From a virus (Duplodnaviria; Caudoviricetes), in the IMG/VR virus record IMGVR_UViG_3300047586_000105, positions 1-52,271 of that record: a stretch of DNA of 52,271 nt; one strand, 5' to 3'. Under the pieces are notes generated by a model. That model was not told where the DNA came from. It saw only the letters and a program-made list of their open reading frames with translations, and did no database searches. Shown here piece by piece: positions 1-10,418 of this stretch (its first letter is position 1; every line of letters begins with the position of its first letter). The translations under genes and the position numbers were made by a program.

Positions 1-462
1 GAGCACGCTGCCCTTCGTGAGGCCGGTCGCGCGTTCCGCCGCGCCCATCGCGGCACCAGCTCCGAGAGCGAGCGGCACGCCGATGCCGGGAATCGCCGCC
101 AGGGCCATCGGAGCGATCTTGGCGAGTGTCCCGCCGTTCCAGTCGGTGTGCGTCGCCGCCTTGTTCGCCTCGATGGAGTTGATGTTGTTCGTGTTCCCTG
201 AGAGCACCGCAGAGGCGAGCGCGCGATCCGCTGCTCGGCCGCCCGTGTTGCCGTGTCCGGTGTCGGCGGCTCCCCAGTTGATGTCCTCGTTCCAACCGGG
301 CACCGAGGAGCCGCGTGTGGTCCCTCCAGCCGCGATGGCCTGAAGGGTCGCCCGTGCTCCGGCGTCCCCTGCGTCGGCACGCGACTTGAGTGTCTGGAGC
401 GCAGGGAGGAGCCCCTGAGTGCCCCCTGGATTGGTGCTGTGACTTCCGAAAAGCCCGGCCAT
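1..462 (-). CDS. Putative internal virion/ejection protein, 3'-truncated by the window edge
   Basis: ATG at 462 after RBS GGGGAGG; open to base 1 (MAGLFGSHSTNPGG...IAPMALAAIPGIGVPLALGAGAAMG); Gly/Ala-rich with a hydrophobic stretch; follows the tail genes. Confidence 0.55.
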   Translation of the reverse strand, partial: MAGLFGSHSTNPGGTQGLLPALQTLKSRADAGDAGARATLQAIAAGGTTRGSSVPGWNEDINWGAADTGHGNTGGRAADRALASAVLSGNTNNINSIEANKAATHTDWNGGTLAKIAPMALAAIPGIGVPLALGAGAAMGAAERATGLTKGSVL

Positions 463-474
463 CGTGTCCTCCCC

Positions 475-2403
475 CTACTGTTGGTTTGCCGCGAGCCACT
501 TTCTGATGGCTTCGGGGTCGTTGGGGTCCGGCAGCGTTGTCGTCTCCAGCTGATTGTTGTTGGGGTTGTCGCCGCCCACGACACGGCCCTGCTGGTCCAA
601 CCCAGTGCCGACGTCCGGCGTCCCGCCCCCGGTCGCACCCGCTCCGGTCCCTGTGTCGGTGCCCGTCCCCGTCCCCGTGCCGGTCCCGGTGGTCGTCCCC
701 GTTCCCGTCGTCGTGGTATCGGTGATGCCGAGCGTCTGCTCGGCGTACCACTTCTGGAAGTCGAGTTGCGCCTGCTGGTTGTCCGTCTGTGCCTTCAGCG
801 CCTTGCTCTGGTAGTCGAGTTCAGCGTACTGGTAGGCCAGGTTCTTGTCCCCAGTGCCAGGCACTTTATTGCCATTCGCATCTGTGTAACCGTACTCGTA
901 ATTCGCGGCCATCTGCTTGAACGTCGCGTCCTGACTAAGGGCCGCGTACTTGTAGGACTCGTCCGCGGTCATCCCTTGCTTCTGGAGGTCGAGCGCCTGC
1001 TGCTGCATGTCCCCCTGTTGCTTGAGGGCGATGGTCTTGTACGATGTGTCGGCGTCCATCCCTTGCTTCTGGAGGTCGAGCGCCTGCTGCTGGAGTCCGG
1101 CGCTGATGGCATCCTTGGCCTGCTGGGACTGCAGCGTCGTCGCCCACTGGGCGTTCTGCTGGAGCCGTGCGTTCACCTGCTCGCTATACGTCTGGGCGAA
1201 CTGCGCCTGTTGGGCCACGAACTGCTGCTGGTTGAGACCCATCGTCTGGGCGAATTGACTCTGCTGCTGGGCCAGCTCGTTCCCCGCCAGAGTCGCGTTC
1301 AACTGCATCTGCTCCTGCTGCAGCGCGGTGCTCGCCTGGTCGCGGGCCGCTTGCAGGTCGAGGGTCCGGCCCGACGTCGCGGCGTCCTGTACCAACTGCT
1401 GGGCCCGTAGGTCCACGTCCTGCTGGCTGATGCCGAGTTGCTGGAGCTGGAGGGACTGTGTGGCCTCCTGCTGCGCCTGCTGGAGGTCCAATGTTCGGCC
1501 CTGCGTGGCCGCGTCCTGCTGCAACTGCTGCGCCTTGAGGTCGATGTCCTGCTGGCTGATGCCCTGCGTCCCGGCGAACTCCGTCTTGGTCTCCGCCAAC
1601 TTCTGCTGCTCCAGCGCCTGCGCCGCTGCGGCCTGCTGTGCCTCGGTGCCCGCCTTGACCGTTTCGAGGCCGAGGTTCCCGGCGTTCTGCTGCCCCAGCG
1701 CCTGCGCGGTCGCCATCTTCTCCATGAGCTGGGCCTCGAAGTCCTGCTTGGCCCGCTGCATCTCCCCGGAGAGCTGCACCCGCTGGTCGCCCTCGTAGGA
1801 ACTGCCGAGGAGGCCGCGCCCCTGCGCCCACTCGGCGATCTGCCGCTCGGAATCCGCCTGGGACTTGGCGAGGTCCGCGTTACTGGCCGTGCGCGCCGCC
1901 GTCATCGCGTCGGTCCCGTAGGCGCTCGGGTTGTTCATCCAGTCCGAGGCGAACTTGCTCACCTGGTCCGTCAGCCCCGAGAGGTCCGGAGCCGCAGGAG
2001 GCGGAGGCGGAGGCGGCTGCACGAACCCCGAGGGGATGGTCGTGCTCGTGGCCGCTTGGCCGCCGGTCTGCGGACTCGGTGTCTTTGTTCCGACGTCCGT
2101 TGGCGCGGCGGAGCCACCGGAGGTCTTCGACCCGCCCGCGGCGGAGTTCAGCGCCGCGAGGTTCTGCCCCACGTCCACCTGCGTACCGGGGCTGGCGTTG
2201 AGTGACGGAGCACTACCAACGCCCTGCGTGTTCGGCCCAAGCGCAGCAGGGCCACCGGGGGCGCCGCTACCTTGGTCGCCAGCCCCGTATAGGGTGCTAC
2301 CCATTCCCTCAGAACGGGAACCGGCCGCCGCAGCATCGAATGTCGCCGCCTGATTGAGGCGCCGCTGCCGCTCTTCTTCGGTTTCGCCTATTGGTGCCGT
2401 CAT
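475..2403 (-). CDS. Gln-rich coiled-coil protein, putative DNA ejection/pilot protein
   Basis: Start moved to ATG 2403 (RBS AAGGAG); long Q/A-rich helical region with repeats GISQQD(I/V)DL(K/R)AQQL and QQQALDLQKQGM; located after the tail genes of a podovirus. Confidence 0.55.
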   Translation of the reverse strand: MTAPIGETEEERQRRLNQAATFDAAAAGSRSEGMGSTLYGAGDQGSGAPGGPAALGPNTQGVGSAPSLNASPGTQVDVGQNLAALNSAAGGSKTSGGSAAPTDVGTKTPSPQTGGQAATSTTIPSGFVQPPPPPPPAAPDLSGLTDQVSKFASDWMNNPSAYGTDAMTAARTASNADLAKSQADSERQIAEWAQGRGLLGSSYEGDQRVQLSGEMQRAKQDFEAQLMEKMATAQALGQQNAGNLGLETVKAGTEAQQAAAAQALEQQKLAETKTEFAGTQGISQQDIDLKAQQLQQDAATQGRTLDLQQAQQEATQSLQLQQLGISQQDVDLRAQQLVQDAATSGRTLDLQAARDQASTALQQEQMQLNATLAGNELAQQQSQFAQTMGLNQQQFVAQQAQFAQTYSEQVNARLQQNAQWATTLQSQQAKDAISAGLQQQALDLQKQGMDADTSYKTIALKQQGDMQQQALDLQKQGMTADESYKYAALSQDATFKQMAANYEYGYTDANGNKVPGTGDKNLAYQYAELDYQSKALKAQTDNQQAQLDFQKWYAEQTLGITDTTTTGTGTTTGTGTGTGTGTDTGTGAGATGGGTPDVGTGLDQQGRVVGGDNPNNNQLETTTLPDPNDPEAIRKWLAANQQ

Positions 2404-2437
2404 CGCGATACTCCTTGCCTGCCAACTTTGAACCCAA

Positions 2438-3472
2438 TCACGCGAACTCGTCAACGCTAATTACGCCTGCCGCGCCATTGCCGCCAGCTCGCGCAGCCGA
2501 GGCCGCCGTCAGCCCCCCGCTCCCGCCACCGCCGTAGCCCACCGTGGCGTTCGTCCCGTTCCCTGCGGCGACCACACCGAGCGCGCCGTTGCCCAGCATC
2601 GAGGCGCCGCCCTCCCCAGACACGCCCACGGACCCGGTCACGATGAGAATGATGCCGGGGCCGCCCGCTACGCCACCGTCGTTGAGGTCCCCGTTCGTGG
2701 AGACGGCCGGTCCCGCTGCGCCGAGGAACGCCTTGAGAGCCGTCGTCGGGACGCACTGCGGGCCACCGAGGCCGCCCTTGGCCGTGACGGTCACGCCGCC
2801 GACCGCGAACGTCGTATCGCCGCCGGGGTTGCCCGCCGCCGCAGAGACCCCCGTTCCGCCGAGTCCTACGGCGCATACATAGGAGGTGTTCGGCGCAACC
2901 GCGAAGGTCTTCTCGGCGTAGCCGCCCCCGGACGCACCGCCTGCCGCTCCAGCCGCCGACGCGACGGACGTGCAGCCCCCACCCGCGCCTCCAGCAGCCT
3001 GAAGCCTGACGAAGATCGTGTTCGTCTCTGGACCCGTGACGAAGGCCGTGGTCGGATTCAAGACCAGCGTCGTCTTGAGATAGCGGCCCGATCGCCCCGC
3101 CACTTTCCGCCCACCGGCTGCATCCACGACGAAGAATCCCTCGACGTCCGTGTAGTACAGCGCCTCGCCGACCTGGAGCGTGGCCTTGAACAGCGTAGAG
3201 AGCGTCGAGTTGTCGAACAGCCGAATCGTCGGCGTGATGGCTCCCGTGTCCACATTGACCAGCGAGAGGCCGTTCACCTTCCGCTGCGTGGACCCTCCGG
3301 GGGCGGGCACGATGTCCACCGCCGTCACGCCGTTGGTCACCGTCGGCGTCGGACCCGGCGTCGTCGCGGAGGCGGTGATGTCCACCCAGTCCACGACCAC
3401 GGGGCAGTCCACGCTGGACTTCGCCGCTGCGAGGATCACCTGCAACTTGCGATTGGCGTTGTCGAGGAACAT
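2438..3472 (-). CDS. Glycine-rich tail-associated protein
   Basis: C-terminal Gly-rich domain (AAGGAGGG, GGGYAEK, YGGGGSGG, GGNGAAGVI) typical of phage tail appendages. Confidence 0.6.
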   Translation of the reverse strand: MFLDNANRKLQVILAAAKSSVDCPVVVDWVDITASATTPGPTPTVTNGVTAVDIVPAPGGSTQRKVNGLSLVNVDTGAITPTIRLFDNSTLSTLFKATLQVGEALYYTDVEGFFVVDAAGGRKVAGRSGRYLKTTLVLNPTTAFVTGPETNTIFVRLQAAGGAGGGCTSVASAAGAAGGASGGGYAEKTFAVAPNTSYVCAVGLGGTGVSAAAGNPGGDTTFAVGGVTVTAKGGLGGPQCVPTTALKAFLGAAGPAVSTNGDLNDGGVAGGPGIILIVTGSVGVSGEGGASMLGNGALGVVAAGNGTNATVGYGGGGSGGLTAASAARAGGNGAAGVISVDEFA

Positions 3473-3475
3473 GGG

Positions 3476-4165
3476 TCACATCCTCAAAGAAACCCGCGCA
3501 AGCACTTGCGGGTGCGTCAGTCCAGAACCGCCAGCGGGAACCGCCCACGTCGCGTCTTCCCGCAGGAACTTCGTTGTACCTGCCGCCGCACCGGGATCGG
3601 GGACCGTGCCCCGCGCGTGCCCTGTGCCCGATGGCGTGAAGTCCGATACGGCAATCGTGCGGTCAGCCGTCAGGTCGCCGCCCCCGGTGACTGGCGCGGT
3701 GGTGTCGATGTGCCGAGAGGTCGGGACCCCACCCAAGCCCGCCAGGGTAATCGCTGCGGCGGCACCCGCCGGGTCAGCGCCGACCTCTGAGTAGGTGTAG
3801 GACGGCTTGGTCCCGGCCTTCGCCCAGGTGGACACATCGCTGGCAGGTCGCGCGTTCGACAGTCGCGCATCGTCGCCCGCCGCCACCGTGCCCGCGATTG
3901 TCCCAACGTTCTTGGTGGCCGAATCCCCGGCCCCTAAGCCAGCGAGGGTCGGGGCGGCAGGTGTCCCGTGGTTGTGGTCGCCCCGCGAGTACTCGCTGGC
4001 CGCTCCTGCGGCGGGTGTGACTCCGAAGGACGTCGCGCTCGCCACGGTAGCGGAGGGTGTACCTCCGCCGCCGACAGGCGAACCACTTCCATCGACCAGC
4101 GTCTCCCCCGGCAGCATCTTCCGATGGCGGTGGTCCGCCTCGACGAGAACGGTGACGTCGGCCAT
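3476..4165 (-). CDS. Tail fibre-like protein
   Basis: ATG 4165 overlaps upstream TGA; fibre motifs SRGDHNH, GTVAAGDDARLSNAR, WAKAGTKPSYTYSEVGADPAG, KFLREDATW. Confidence 0.6.
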   Translation of the reverse strand: MADVTVLVEADHRHRKMLPGETLVDGSGSPVGGGGTPSATVASATSFGVTPAAGAASEYSRGDHNHGTPAAPTLAGLGAGDSATKNVGTIAGTVAAGDDARLSNARPASDVSTWAKAGTKPSYTYSEVGADPAGAAAAITLAGLGGVPTSRHIDTTAPVTGGGDLTADRTIAVSDFTPSGTGHARGTVPDPGAAAGTTKFLREDATWAVPAGGSGLTHPQVLARVSLRM

Positions 4166-7068
4166 CAGGTCTCCACTTCCAGACTGCACCGTATGTTCGC
4201 CGTGATCGGCAGCCAGCCCGCGTCCGTCGTCACCGCGAGGTAGAGTTCATCCCCGGCCGCGAAGACATCCGTGTCCTTCGCCTGCGTCGTCGCCTTGCGC
4301 GAGGGATTCGTTCCGTCGAGCACCGCGCTCAGGGTGCCGAGAACCGCCCCGACTGCATCGGCCAACCCCGTGTTCTTGTAGACGGTGATGGTGAGTGTGC
4401 CCGCCACGCGCGCCGCAGTAGAGGTCACGACGAGGGCGGTCACCGACCCGGCGCGCGGCGCCCGCCAGCGACCCGAGGATCGGGTGAGTTCGACGGCCGT
4501 CTGCCCGGCCACCACAAGTTCCTGCGTCCAGTCGTCGATGGTCTGGCGGAAGCCGCCGACAGCCACGATGTCGCCCGCGAACGTCGCCAGGAGGGAACCG
4601 AGCGTGAGTTGCAGGACAGTGTTCCGCTTGAAGAGGACATCGGTGTTCGTGGCCGAGTCGAAGATGTCGGCGTGCTCCGTCCCACCGACGTACGTTGACT
4701 TCGCCACCGCGAGGCCACCCGCCGTCGTGAGCGAGGCCGCTACGGCTGACGTGGCGTCGGTGACATCGGACACCGTGAACTGGGCATTGACGGTAAGCCG
4801 CTGGTTCGCTGCGGTGGCGTCGAAGATGCCGTAGAGCAGCGCCTTCGCCTTGTCGCCCGCCGTGTCGGTGCGATCCTGATTGTCTACATAGAAGGCATTG
4901 GACCCCGTCTCATAGCGACCCGCCGACTGGCCGAGACCCACGTTATAGGAACCGGAGACGTTGGCCCGGAGGGCGGAATAACCCACCGCAACATTGTAGT
5001 GCCCTGACTGGAGTGAGCCCCCGGCGTTCGAACCGGCGGCCGTGTTGTAGTGCCCCGACGTAATCGACTGGAAGGAGTAGGCCCCCGTGGCGGTATTGTT
5101 GTACCCCGTGATGATGTTGCGGAGCGCATAGAATCCGAGGGCGACATTGCTCTTGAGCGCCGTTGAACTGCCGCCGCCGATGAGGCCCGCCTGATAGCCG
5201 ACAAAGGTGTTTTCCTGGGCACCGACGATGATGTTGGACCCGGCTTGCTGGCCAAAGAACGTGTTGTAATCCGTCCCGTTGATGCCCATGAGGCCGTCGT
5301 CGGCCAGAAGCCGCCCCGCGATGGCCGCCGTGCCCGTGGTGAGGTTGGCGAGAAAGACGGCTGGCTGGTGGGCGGCCAGGAAGTAGAAGGGCACGACCGA
5401 TCCGTCGGGCGTGGTGAGCAGGCAGACGTTCCCGATGAGTCGCGCACCGTCTACGGCGCCGAACTTGACCATGCCGTCTACGACGGTGGTGACATCCTTC
5501 ACTTGGTTGAACGAGCAGGTGGTAGACGCCTGGCCCGAGTAGATGCCGTTGCCGACGGCCCCGTCGATGAGGTTATGTGCGATGCGGGCGTAGGAGTATC
5601 CGCCGACCGCATTGATCCCGATGCCGGTTACGCTACGGATGGTATTGTCGAGCACACTGACGCGGTTGGCCTCGGCGATGATGCCGGTCGCGCACGCCGA
5701 GATTGTGTTCCCCGAGACCTCGCTGTCGTCGCTCCACGTCGAGATGCCGGTGGTTGTGCAGGACCGCACCGTGTTGCCGCGCACGAGGCATCCCGCCGCC
5801 GCATCGCTCACGGAGATGCCCGCGCCACCCGAGGTCAGGACGGTGTTGCCCTCCACGCTGCACCCTGGCGTGAGGACGGGTGCCCATGAGCCGAACAGAA
5901 TGCCGGCCCCGGTGTTGTTGATGCAGATGTTCCCGAGGATGGCGATGTCGGAGACCTGGCTGACGGCGTTCGGCTCGACATCAATCCCGGCTTGGGGTGC
6001 CGTGCCATTCGTATTCTTGAACGTGTTCCCGATGATCTGGCCGCGCAGACACCCGACGACGCTGAGGCCCTGGCGTCGGTTGTTGTCCGAGGTGCAACTC
6101 GTGATGCGGATGTCCTGACACGGCACCGTCTCGCCCGCCGCAGAACCGATGTAGATACCGTCGCCCCAGCAGTCCTTGATGTAACAGTCGGTGATGGCCC
6201 CATTCAGGACGCCCTCGAAGTGAACGCCCATGCCCCACTCGCCACCGCCTCCGTGTGTGCCCCGGTCGCCCGTGATCTTGAGGTTGCGGACAGCGACGTT
6301 CGAGACACAGGTGGCGTAGACGATGGCGTAGTCCGTCAGCGAGTTGGAAATGGCCTTGAGTTCGGCCCCCGGCTCGCCCACGAGTTCGACGTTGGACCCG
6401 AGGACGATGGCGTAGTTCGAGGACACCATACAGGCGTGGCCCGTCGCCGGGACGAGCACGCGCCCGCCGCCCGCCGCAACGGCCGCTGCGATAGCCGCCT
6501 GCACCTTCGCGGTATCGTCCGTGGCGCCATCCACCGCAGCGCCGAACATCGTCCGGACGTTGTACTCGGGGAGTTTCTGCGCGACCCACGCCACGCCGGT
6601 CCACTGCAAGGCGTCGTTCACCGTGACGCCTAGCGGGAACCCCCAGGGCATTCCGCCGGGGCCACCCGTCGCCAACTTGGCCATCGCGTCCGGTCGCCCG
6701 CCCACGCCGTCGTACAGCACCTTCGTCCCCGCGCCGTCGTACTGCACCGGGGCCAGGAAGACCGCGTACCCGAGGCCGGGCGTGAGTGCAATCGTCCGGT
6801 CCTGAAGGCGGTCGGCGCGGCAGTCCACCAGCGTCGTCGAGACGTAGTTGGCTGGGTCGTAGGCCGCGACGCCGCCCTTGCCCGCCGCCGTGCTCTGGAC
6901 GTGCACCTGGACCCACGGGGCATCCAACGGCGAGCGGAATCGCACCCCGAGGTTCGACCCATCGTAGACCGTGCCCACGATGGTCGGCTCCTTGCGCGCG
7001 AGTTCCGCGTTGAGCGTCGCGACCAACTCCGTGAGGTAGGGATCGCCGTTCGGCGGGCGGCGCAGCAT
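4165..7068 (-). CDS. Tailspike with right-handed beta-helix (pectin-lyase-like, putative depolymerase), N(T/V)xxG repeats and a C-terminal beta-sandwich
   Basis: TGATG overlap at 7068; FGAAVDGATDDTAKVQAAI, DCWGDGIYIG, NNRRQGLSV, PQAGIDVEPN; repeats NTFFG/NTFVG/NVALG/NTATG/NVAVG. Confidence 0.8.
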   Translation of the reverse strand: MLRRPPNGDPYLTELVATLNAELARKEPTIVGTVYDGSNLGVRFRSPLDAPWVQVHVQSTAAGKGGVAAYDPANYVSTTLVDCRADRLQDRTIALTPGLGYAVFLAPVQYDGAGTKVLYDGVGGRPDAMAKLATGGPGGMPWGFPLGVTVNDALQWTGVAWVAQKLPEYNVRTMFGAAVDGATDDTAKVQAAIAAAVAAGGGRVLVPATGHACMVSSNYAIVLGSNVELVGEPGAELKAISNSLTDYAIVYATCVSNVAVRNLKITGDRGTHGGGGEWGMGVHFEGVLNGAITDCYIKDCWGDGIYIGSAAGETVPCQDIRITSCTSDNNRRQGLSVVGCLRGQIIGNTFKNTNGTAPQAGIDVEPNAVSQVSDIAILGNICINNTGAGILFGSWAPVLTPGCSVEGNTVLTSGGAGISVSDAAAGCLVRGNTVRSCTTTGISTWSDDSEVSGNTISACATGIIAEANRVSVLDNTIRSVTGIGINAVGGYSYARIAHNLIDGAVGNGIYSGQASTTCSFNQVKDVTTVVDGMVKFGAVDGARLIGNVCLLTTPDGSVVPFYFLAAHQPAVFLANLTTGTAAIAGRLLADDGLMGINGTDYNTFFGQQAGSNIIVGAQENTFVGYQAGLIGGGSSTALKSNVALGFYALRNIITGYNNTATGAYSFQSITSGHYNTAAGSNAGGSLQSGHYNVAVGYSALRANVSGSYNVGLGQSAGRYETGSNAFYVDNQDRTDTAGDKAKALLYGIFDATAANQRLTVNAQFTVSDVTDATSAVAASLTTAGGLAVAKSTYVGGTEHADIFDSATNTDVLFKRNTVLQLTLGSLLATFAGDIVAVGGFRQTIDDWTQELVVAGQTAVELTRSSGRWRAPRAGSVTALVVTSTAARVAGTLTITVYKNTGLADAVGAVLGTLSAVLDGTNPSRKATTQAKDTDVFAAGDELYLAVTTDAGWLPITANIRCSLEVET

Positions 7069-8747
7069 CAGGCCACCTGCTCCCGGAGGAGTTCCGCGCT
7101 GACGCCAAGGAGGGAAATCTTGGCGTCGTTGGTCACACAGCACTCAACTTGGGGTTCATCGGCGACGACGTTCACCATCGCCCGCCCGCGCCGACTCTGC
7201 GAGAGGCCGGTCGCCGCGTACGCGATGGTCTGGCGGGCACCTTGGACGCCTCCGCCACGTACAGCCACGACCAAGGACATCGCGTCGGGGATCTCGGCCG
7301 AGACATGCACCGCGCGCACCCGCTTGCGTTGCCGCGGTCGGCCCAGGAGGAAGGGCCGCGAGATGAGCGTCATCGTGACGTCGGTCCCGCCCGTCCCGCC
7401 AAAGAGTTCGTCGTCCTTCGTGGCGCCCGAGTGCCGCCGCACGAAGCCGTCGTAGCCCAAGGAGTAGATGGTCGTCATGCCGCTGCTGTCCGGACCAGAG
7501 AAGAGGGTCGCGGGGACGGTGTCGTCCGTCACCACCTCCAGATAGCCGTCGAGGTCGGCCGCCACGATGAACCCGTTGGCCGCCAACGTCAGATACCCGT
7601 TCGCGTCGCCGGTCACCCCGCTGCCTCCCGTTACCGCGTCGAGGTACATCCCGTCACTCGTCCCGAGGGATACATCACCACCGATGGGACTCTGGAGTTG
7701 GTCAATCGCACAGGCCCCGGTCGGCCCCGACCGTTGCCACTGCGCGTTCTCACGCAGGTTCAGCACGAGGACCCGGTTGTTCCGTGTCCCGTTGGTCGAG
7801 AGCGCCAAGTGGAAGTTCTGCTCGATGTCGTCGTAGGCGCCTGACATCCGCCCCGGATTGGCGTAGAGTTCCGACCAGTCGATACTGAGGAGGAACGACT
7901 GGACCGACCGACTCATCAGGGTGATGCCGCTGCTCGGTGAGTAGTATTCGACCCCGCGCCGACTCAGCCAGCAGACCGCGTTGTCCCCCACACCCACCAC
8001 CGTCCGGAACCCCATGCACCCGACCGACCGCGAGAACCCCGTCGCGCCAGCCGCCACGATGATTGTCTGCTCGCCGAATCCGTCGATGTAGGAGGTGGAC
8101 TGACTGTCCCAGACGAGCAGGTGCGGCCCGACCTGAAAGAGGCCCGTGGGCGTGTCGCGAACCTGCACGGTCAGCCCATCCGGAGAGGCCCACGTCTGCG
8201 GAGCCCCGATGGCCGATGCCTGCACGAGAACGCCGCTGTGGCCGGTGGCGTAGAGTCGCCCGTTGAAACAGGCGAGGAACTTCACCCCTGATGGCGCGTT
8301 GGGCAGTGTGTCCCACACGAGTCCGTTCCACCGCTGAACCGTGGTGGCACCGTTGGCGGCGAAGAGGTAGTTCGTCGTCCCGACCCGCATCGTCGCGAAG
8401 GAGTAGTAGTCCTGCCTGAGTGCGACGATCGCATCGCCGGACCCGTCGAGGCAGGGGACCCATGTCGCCCCGTAATCGACCGAGTAGAAGGCTTGCGCCC
8501 CGAAGATGGCGACGAACTGGTCCACCCCGGCCGCCGTCGTGAACCACGCCCCGCCGTAGCCGGTGGCTGCGTTCAGGGTCGCGGCGCTCAACCGAATCGT
8601 CCCCGGTCGGCGCTGGACCGTGCTGTCTGGCTGAATCCGACCGTTGAAGAGGGCGGCGACCGCCGTCTTCGGGAACGCCGTTGGCGCGGCACTGTCGAGA
8701 GCGCCGTAGCTGAAGTCCGTCGTTTCCTCGGACAGTAGTCGCGCCAC
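7068..8747 (-). CDS. Tail nozzle / packaged-DNA stabilization protein (P22 gp10-like)
   Basis: 559 aa; VQRRPG near the N-terminus, FNGRLY, SVGC..RTV, WLSRRGVEYY, beta-propeller-like pattern; located after the head genes. Confidence 0.7.
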   Translation of the reverse strand: MARLLSEETTDFSYGALDSAAPTAFPKTAVAALFNGRIQPDSTVQRRPGTIRLSAATLNAATGYGGAWFTTAAGVDQFVAIFGAQAFYSVDYGATWVPCLDGSGDAIVALRQDYYSFATMRVGTTNYLFAANGATTVQRWNGLVWDTLPNAPSGVKFLACFNGRLYATGHSGVLVQASAIGAPQTWASPDGLTVQVRDTPTGLFQVGPHLLVWDSQSTSYIDGFGEQTIIVAAGATGFSRSVGCMGFRTVVGVGDNAVCWLSRRGVEYYSPSSGITLMSRSVQSFLLSIDWSELYANPGRMSGAYDDIEQNFHLALSTNGTRNNRVLVLNLRENAQWQRSGPTGACAIDQLQSPIGGDVSLGTSDGMYLDAVTGGSGVTGDANGYLTLAANGFIVAADLDGYLEVVTDDTVPATLFSGPDSSGMTTIYSLGYDGFVRRHSGATKDDELFGGTGGTDVTMTLISRPFLLGRPRQRKRVRAVHVSAEIPDAMSLVVAVRGGGVQGARQTIAYAATGLSQSRRGRAMVNVVADEPQVECCVTNDAKISLLGVSAELLREQVA

Positions 8748-8758
8748 GCGCTACCTCC

Positions 8759-9232
8759 TCACCCATCCGTCTTCGGTGGAGCAGACTTCTCGGGGGTCAG
8801 GTCTTCGAGGAGTCCGCCGAGCGCGAATGTCTGCTCTGGCGTAGGTGCCTGTTCCTCGTGCAGCCAGTCGGAACCATCCGGGGTGAGTGGCCCAAAGTCC
8901 TTCACGGCCAACACCTCGGGGGGCGTCCACGTCACGAGAAGCAACTCCCCAACGTCATGTGCGAACGCCGCCTTGGCTGCGTCGTCCGCGAACACCACCT
9001 GCCCGTTCTCCTCCTTGCGCCTGCCGTTCTCGTCCTTGGCCCCGTGGAGGTCGAGCAATTCCTGCCTCTGCGTGTCGTAGTCGCCCAACTGCGCGTTCAC
9101 GGAACGCACCACCCGACGCATCTTCATGGTGGACATCATCGGCCGCTTGACGCGCATGAGTTGGGCGAGCACCTGGCTCGCAACGATGGTCTGGCTGATG
9201 GTCAGTGTGACGGTCTTCACGGGTTCACTCAC
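8759..9232 (-). CDS. Hypothetical protein, DUF1617-like possible tail chaperone
   Basis: Pattern YDTQRQELLDLHGAKDENG...FAHDVGELL seen in small proteins beside tail fibres. Confidence 0.45.
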   Translation of the reverse strand: MSEPVKTVTLTISQTIVASQVLAQLMRVKRPMMSTMKMRRVVRSVNAQLGDYDTQRQELLDLHGAKDENGRRKEENGQVVFADDAAKAAFAHDVGELLLVTWTPPEVLAVKDFGPLTPDGSDWLHEEQAPTPEQTFALGGLLEDLTPEKSAPPKTDG

Positions 9233-9284
9233 TGGTTCCTCCTCAGATGTCTGGCGACCGCCTGTGGGTCAGATAACCGACGGG

Positions 9285-10388
9285 TCAGGTCGCGATTGCG
9301 CCGTGCGCCCGCATACGCGCCAGAAGGTCGTTCAGCCGCGCCATCGTACTCGGGGCGTCGGTCGCGTTGGCCACGGGAGCCCCCTGCGCGCCGAGAACCT
9401 TGGTCCCAGTGACCCGGTAGCCGTTGGTGCTGGTGACGTCGATGTAGCCACTGGCGCCACCGACCGAGATGAATCCGTGCGCGCCCGTGAGATAGAAGGT
9501 GCCGTAGTCCTGGAAGATGGCGATGCCCTCCTCGACGGACAGACCCCGTGCTACCCCAAGACCACCGGCAACCTTGAGTGCTCCCGTTGTCGGAGAGGAC
9601 GACGCGGTCGCGTTCGTCAGCGTCACGACGCCTGATGCTCCGAGCGTCGTGATACCCGAGAGCGCCCCTTGGAACGCGAACGCGCCCGCCGGGAAGGTGC
9701 CCGCGCCGACGCTCGCCGCCGTGAGGTCTGTGACCGTGGCACCCGTCAGGGTGAGTGTCTGCCCCGCCGCCACGGTAAGGCCAAGGTTCGCCGAGAGAAG
9801 GCCGCTGAACGCCCCGGCTACGGCGGCGAGACCCGCCGCAAGTGTGAGGCCACCCGGCATGTTCCAGTTGCCGGACTGCGAGACGTAGGTACGCTTGTTC
9901 GACCCACCGTTCGTGCTGAGCAACTCCCAGTTGTCCGAATCGTCGGCACGGCCACCCATGTACCACATGTCGCTGCCCGCCGTGCTCCACGCGAGGCGAC
10001 CACCGAAGGTCCCGGCGGCGGAAGGAAGCGTCAGGCCGGTCGCTGCAGTGAGGGTGAGTGACGCCAGGGACGGGGTGGAGGTCCACTCCGGCGCGGTCGC
10101 CCCCGCGTTGACCTGGAGGACCTGATGGGCTGTGCCGATGGCGAGGGGGTCCAGTCGCTTGACGCCCGTGACGCCGCCCGCGACGGCGTAGGGAATCCCA
10201 CCGACCGCGAAGGCGGCGCTGTAGAACTTCCCGGTCAGGTCAACCGAAAAGACGCGCGCCGCAGACGTGGCACCATTCCACACGTCGGCGAGAAGGTCCG
10301 ACGCCGTGGTGCGCGGTGTACTGAATCCGAACTCGTGCGCCAAGGCATCGGCTGCGCCCGGCTGAATGAACTTCGCCCCGTAGAGCAC
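9285..10388 (-). CDS. Fibre protein
   Basis: LAIGTAHQVLQVNAGATAPEW, TGALKVAGGLGV and C-terminal LNDLLARMRAHGAIA typical of fibre ends. Confidence 0.6.
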   Translation of the reverse strand: MLYGAKFIQPGAADALAHEFGFSTPRTTASDLLADVWNGATSAARVFSVDLTGKFYSAAFAVGGIPYAVAGGVTGVKRLDPLAIGTAHQVLQVNAGATAPEWTSTPSLASLTLTAATGLTLPSAAGTFGGRLAWSTAGSDMWYMGGRADDSDNWELLSTNGGSNKRTYVSQSGNWNMPGGLTLAAGLAAVAGAFSGLLSANLGLTVAAGQTLTLTGATVTDLTAASVGAGTFPAGAFAFQGALSGITTLGASGVVTLTNATASSSPTTGALKVAGGLGVARGLSVEEGIAIFQDYGTFYLTGAHGFISVGGASGYIDVTSTNGYRVTGTKVLGAQGAPVANATDAPSTMARLNDLLARMRAHGAIAT

Positions 10389-10418
10389 GCTACACCTCGC
10401 CTTCCGTTCGCACCGGAC

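Noticed and set aside
475-2403. Tape measure protein
   Set aside because: No tail tube, sheath or tail assembly chaperone genes are seen, and the gp10-like nozzle points to a short-tailed virion
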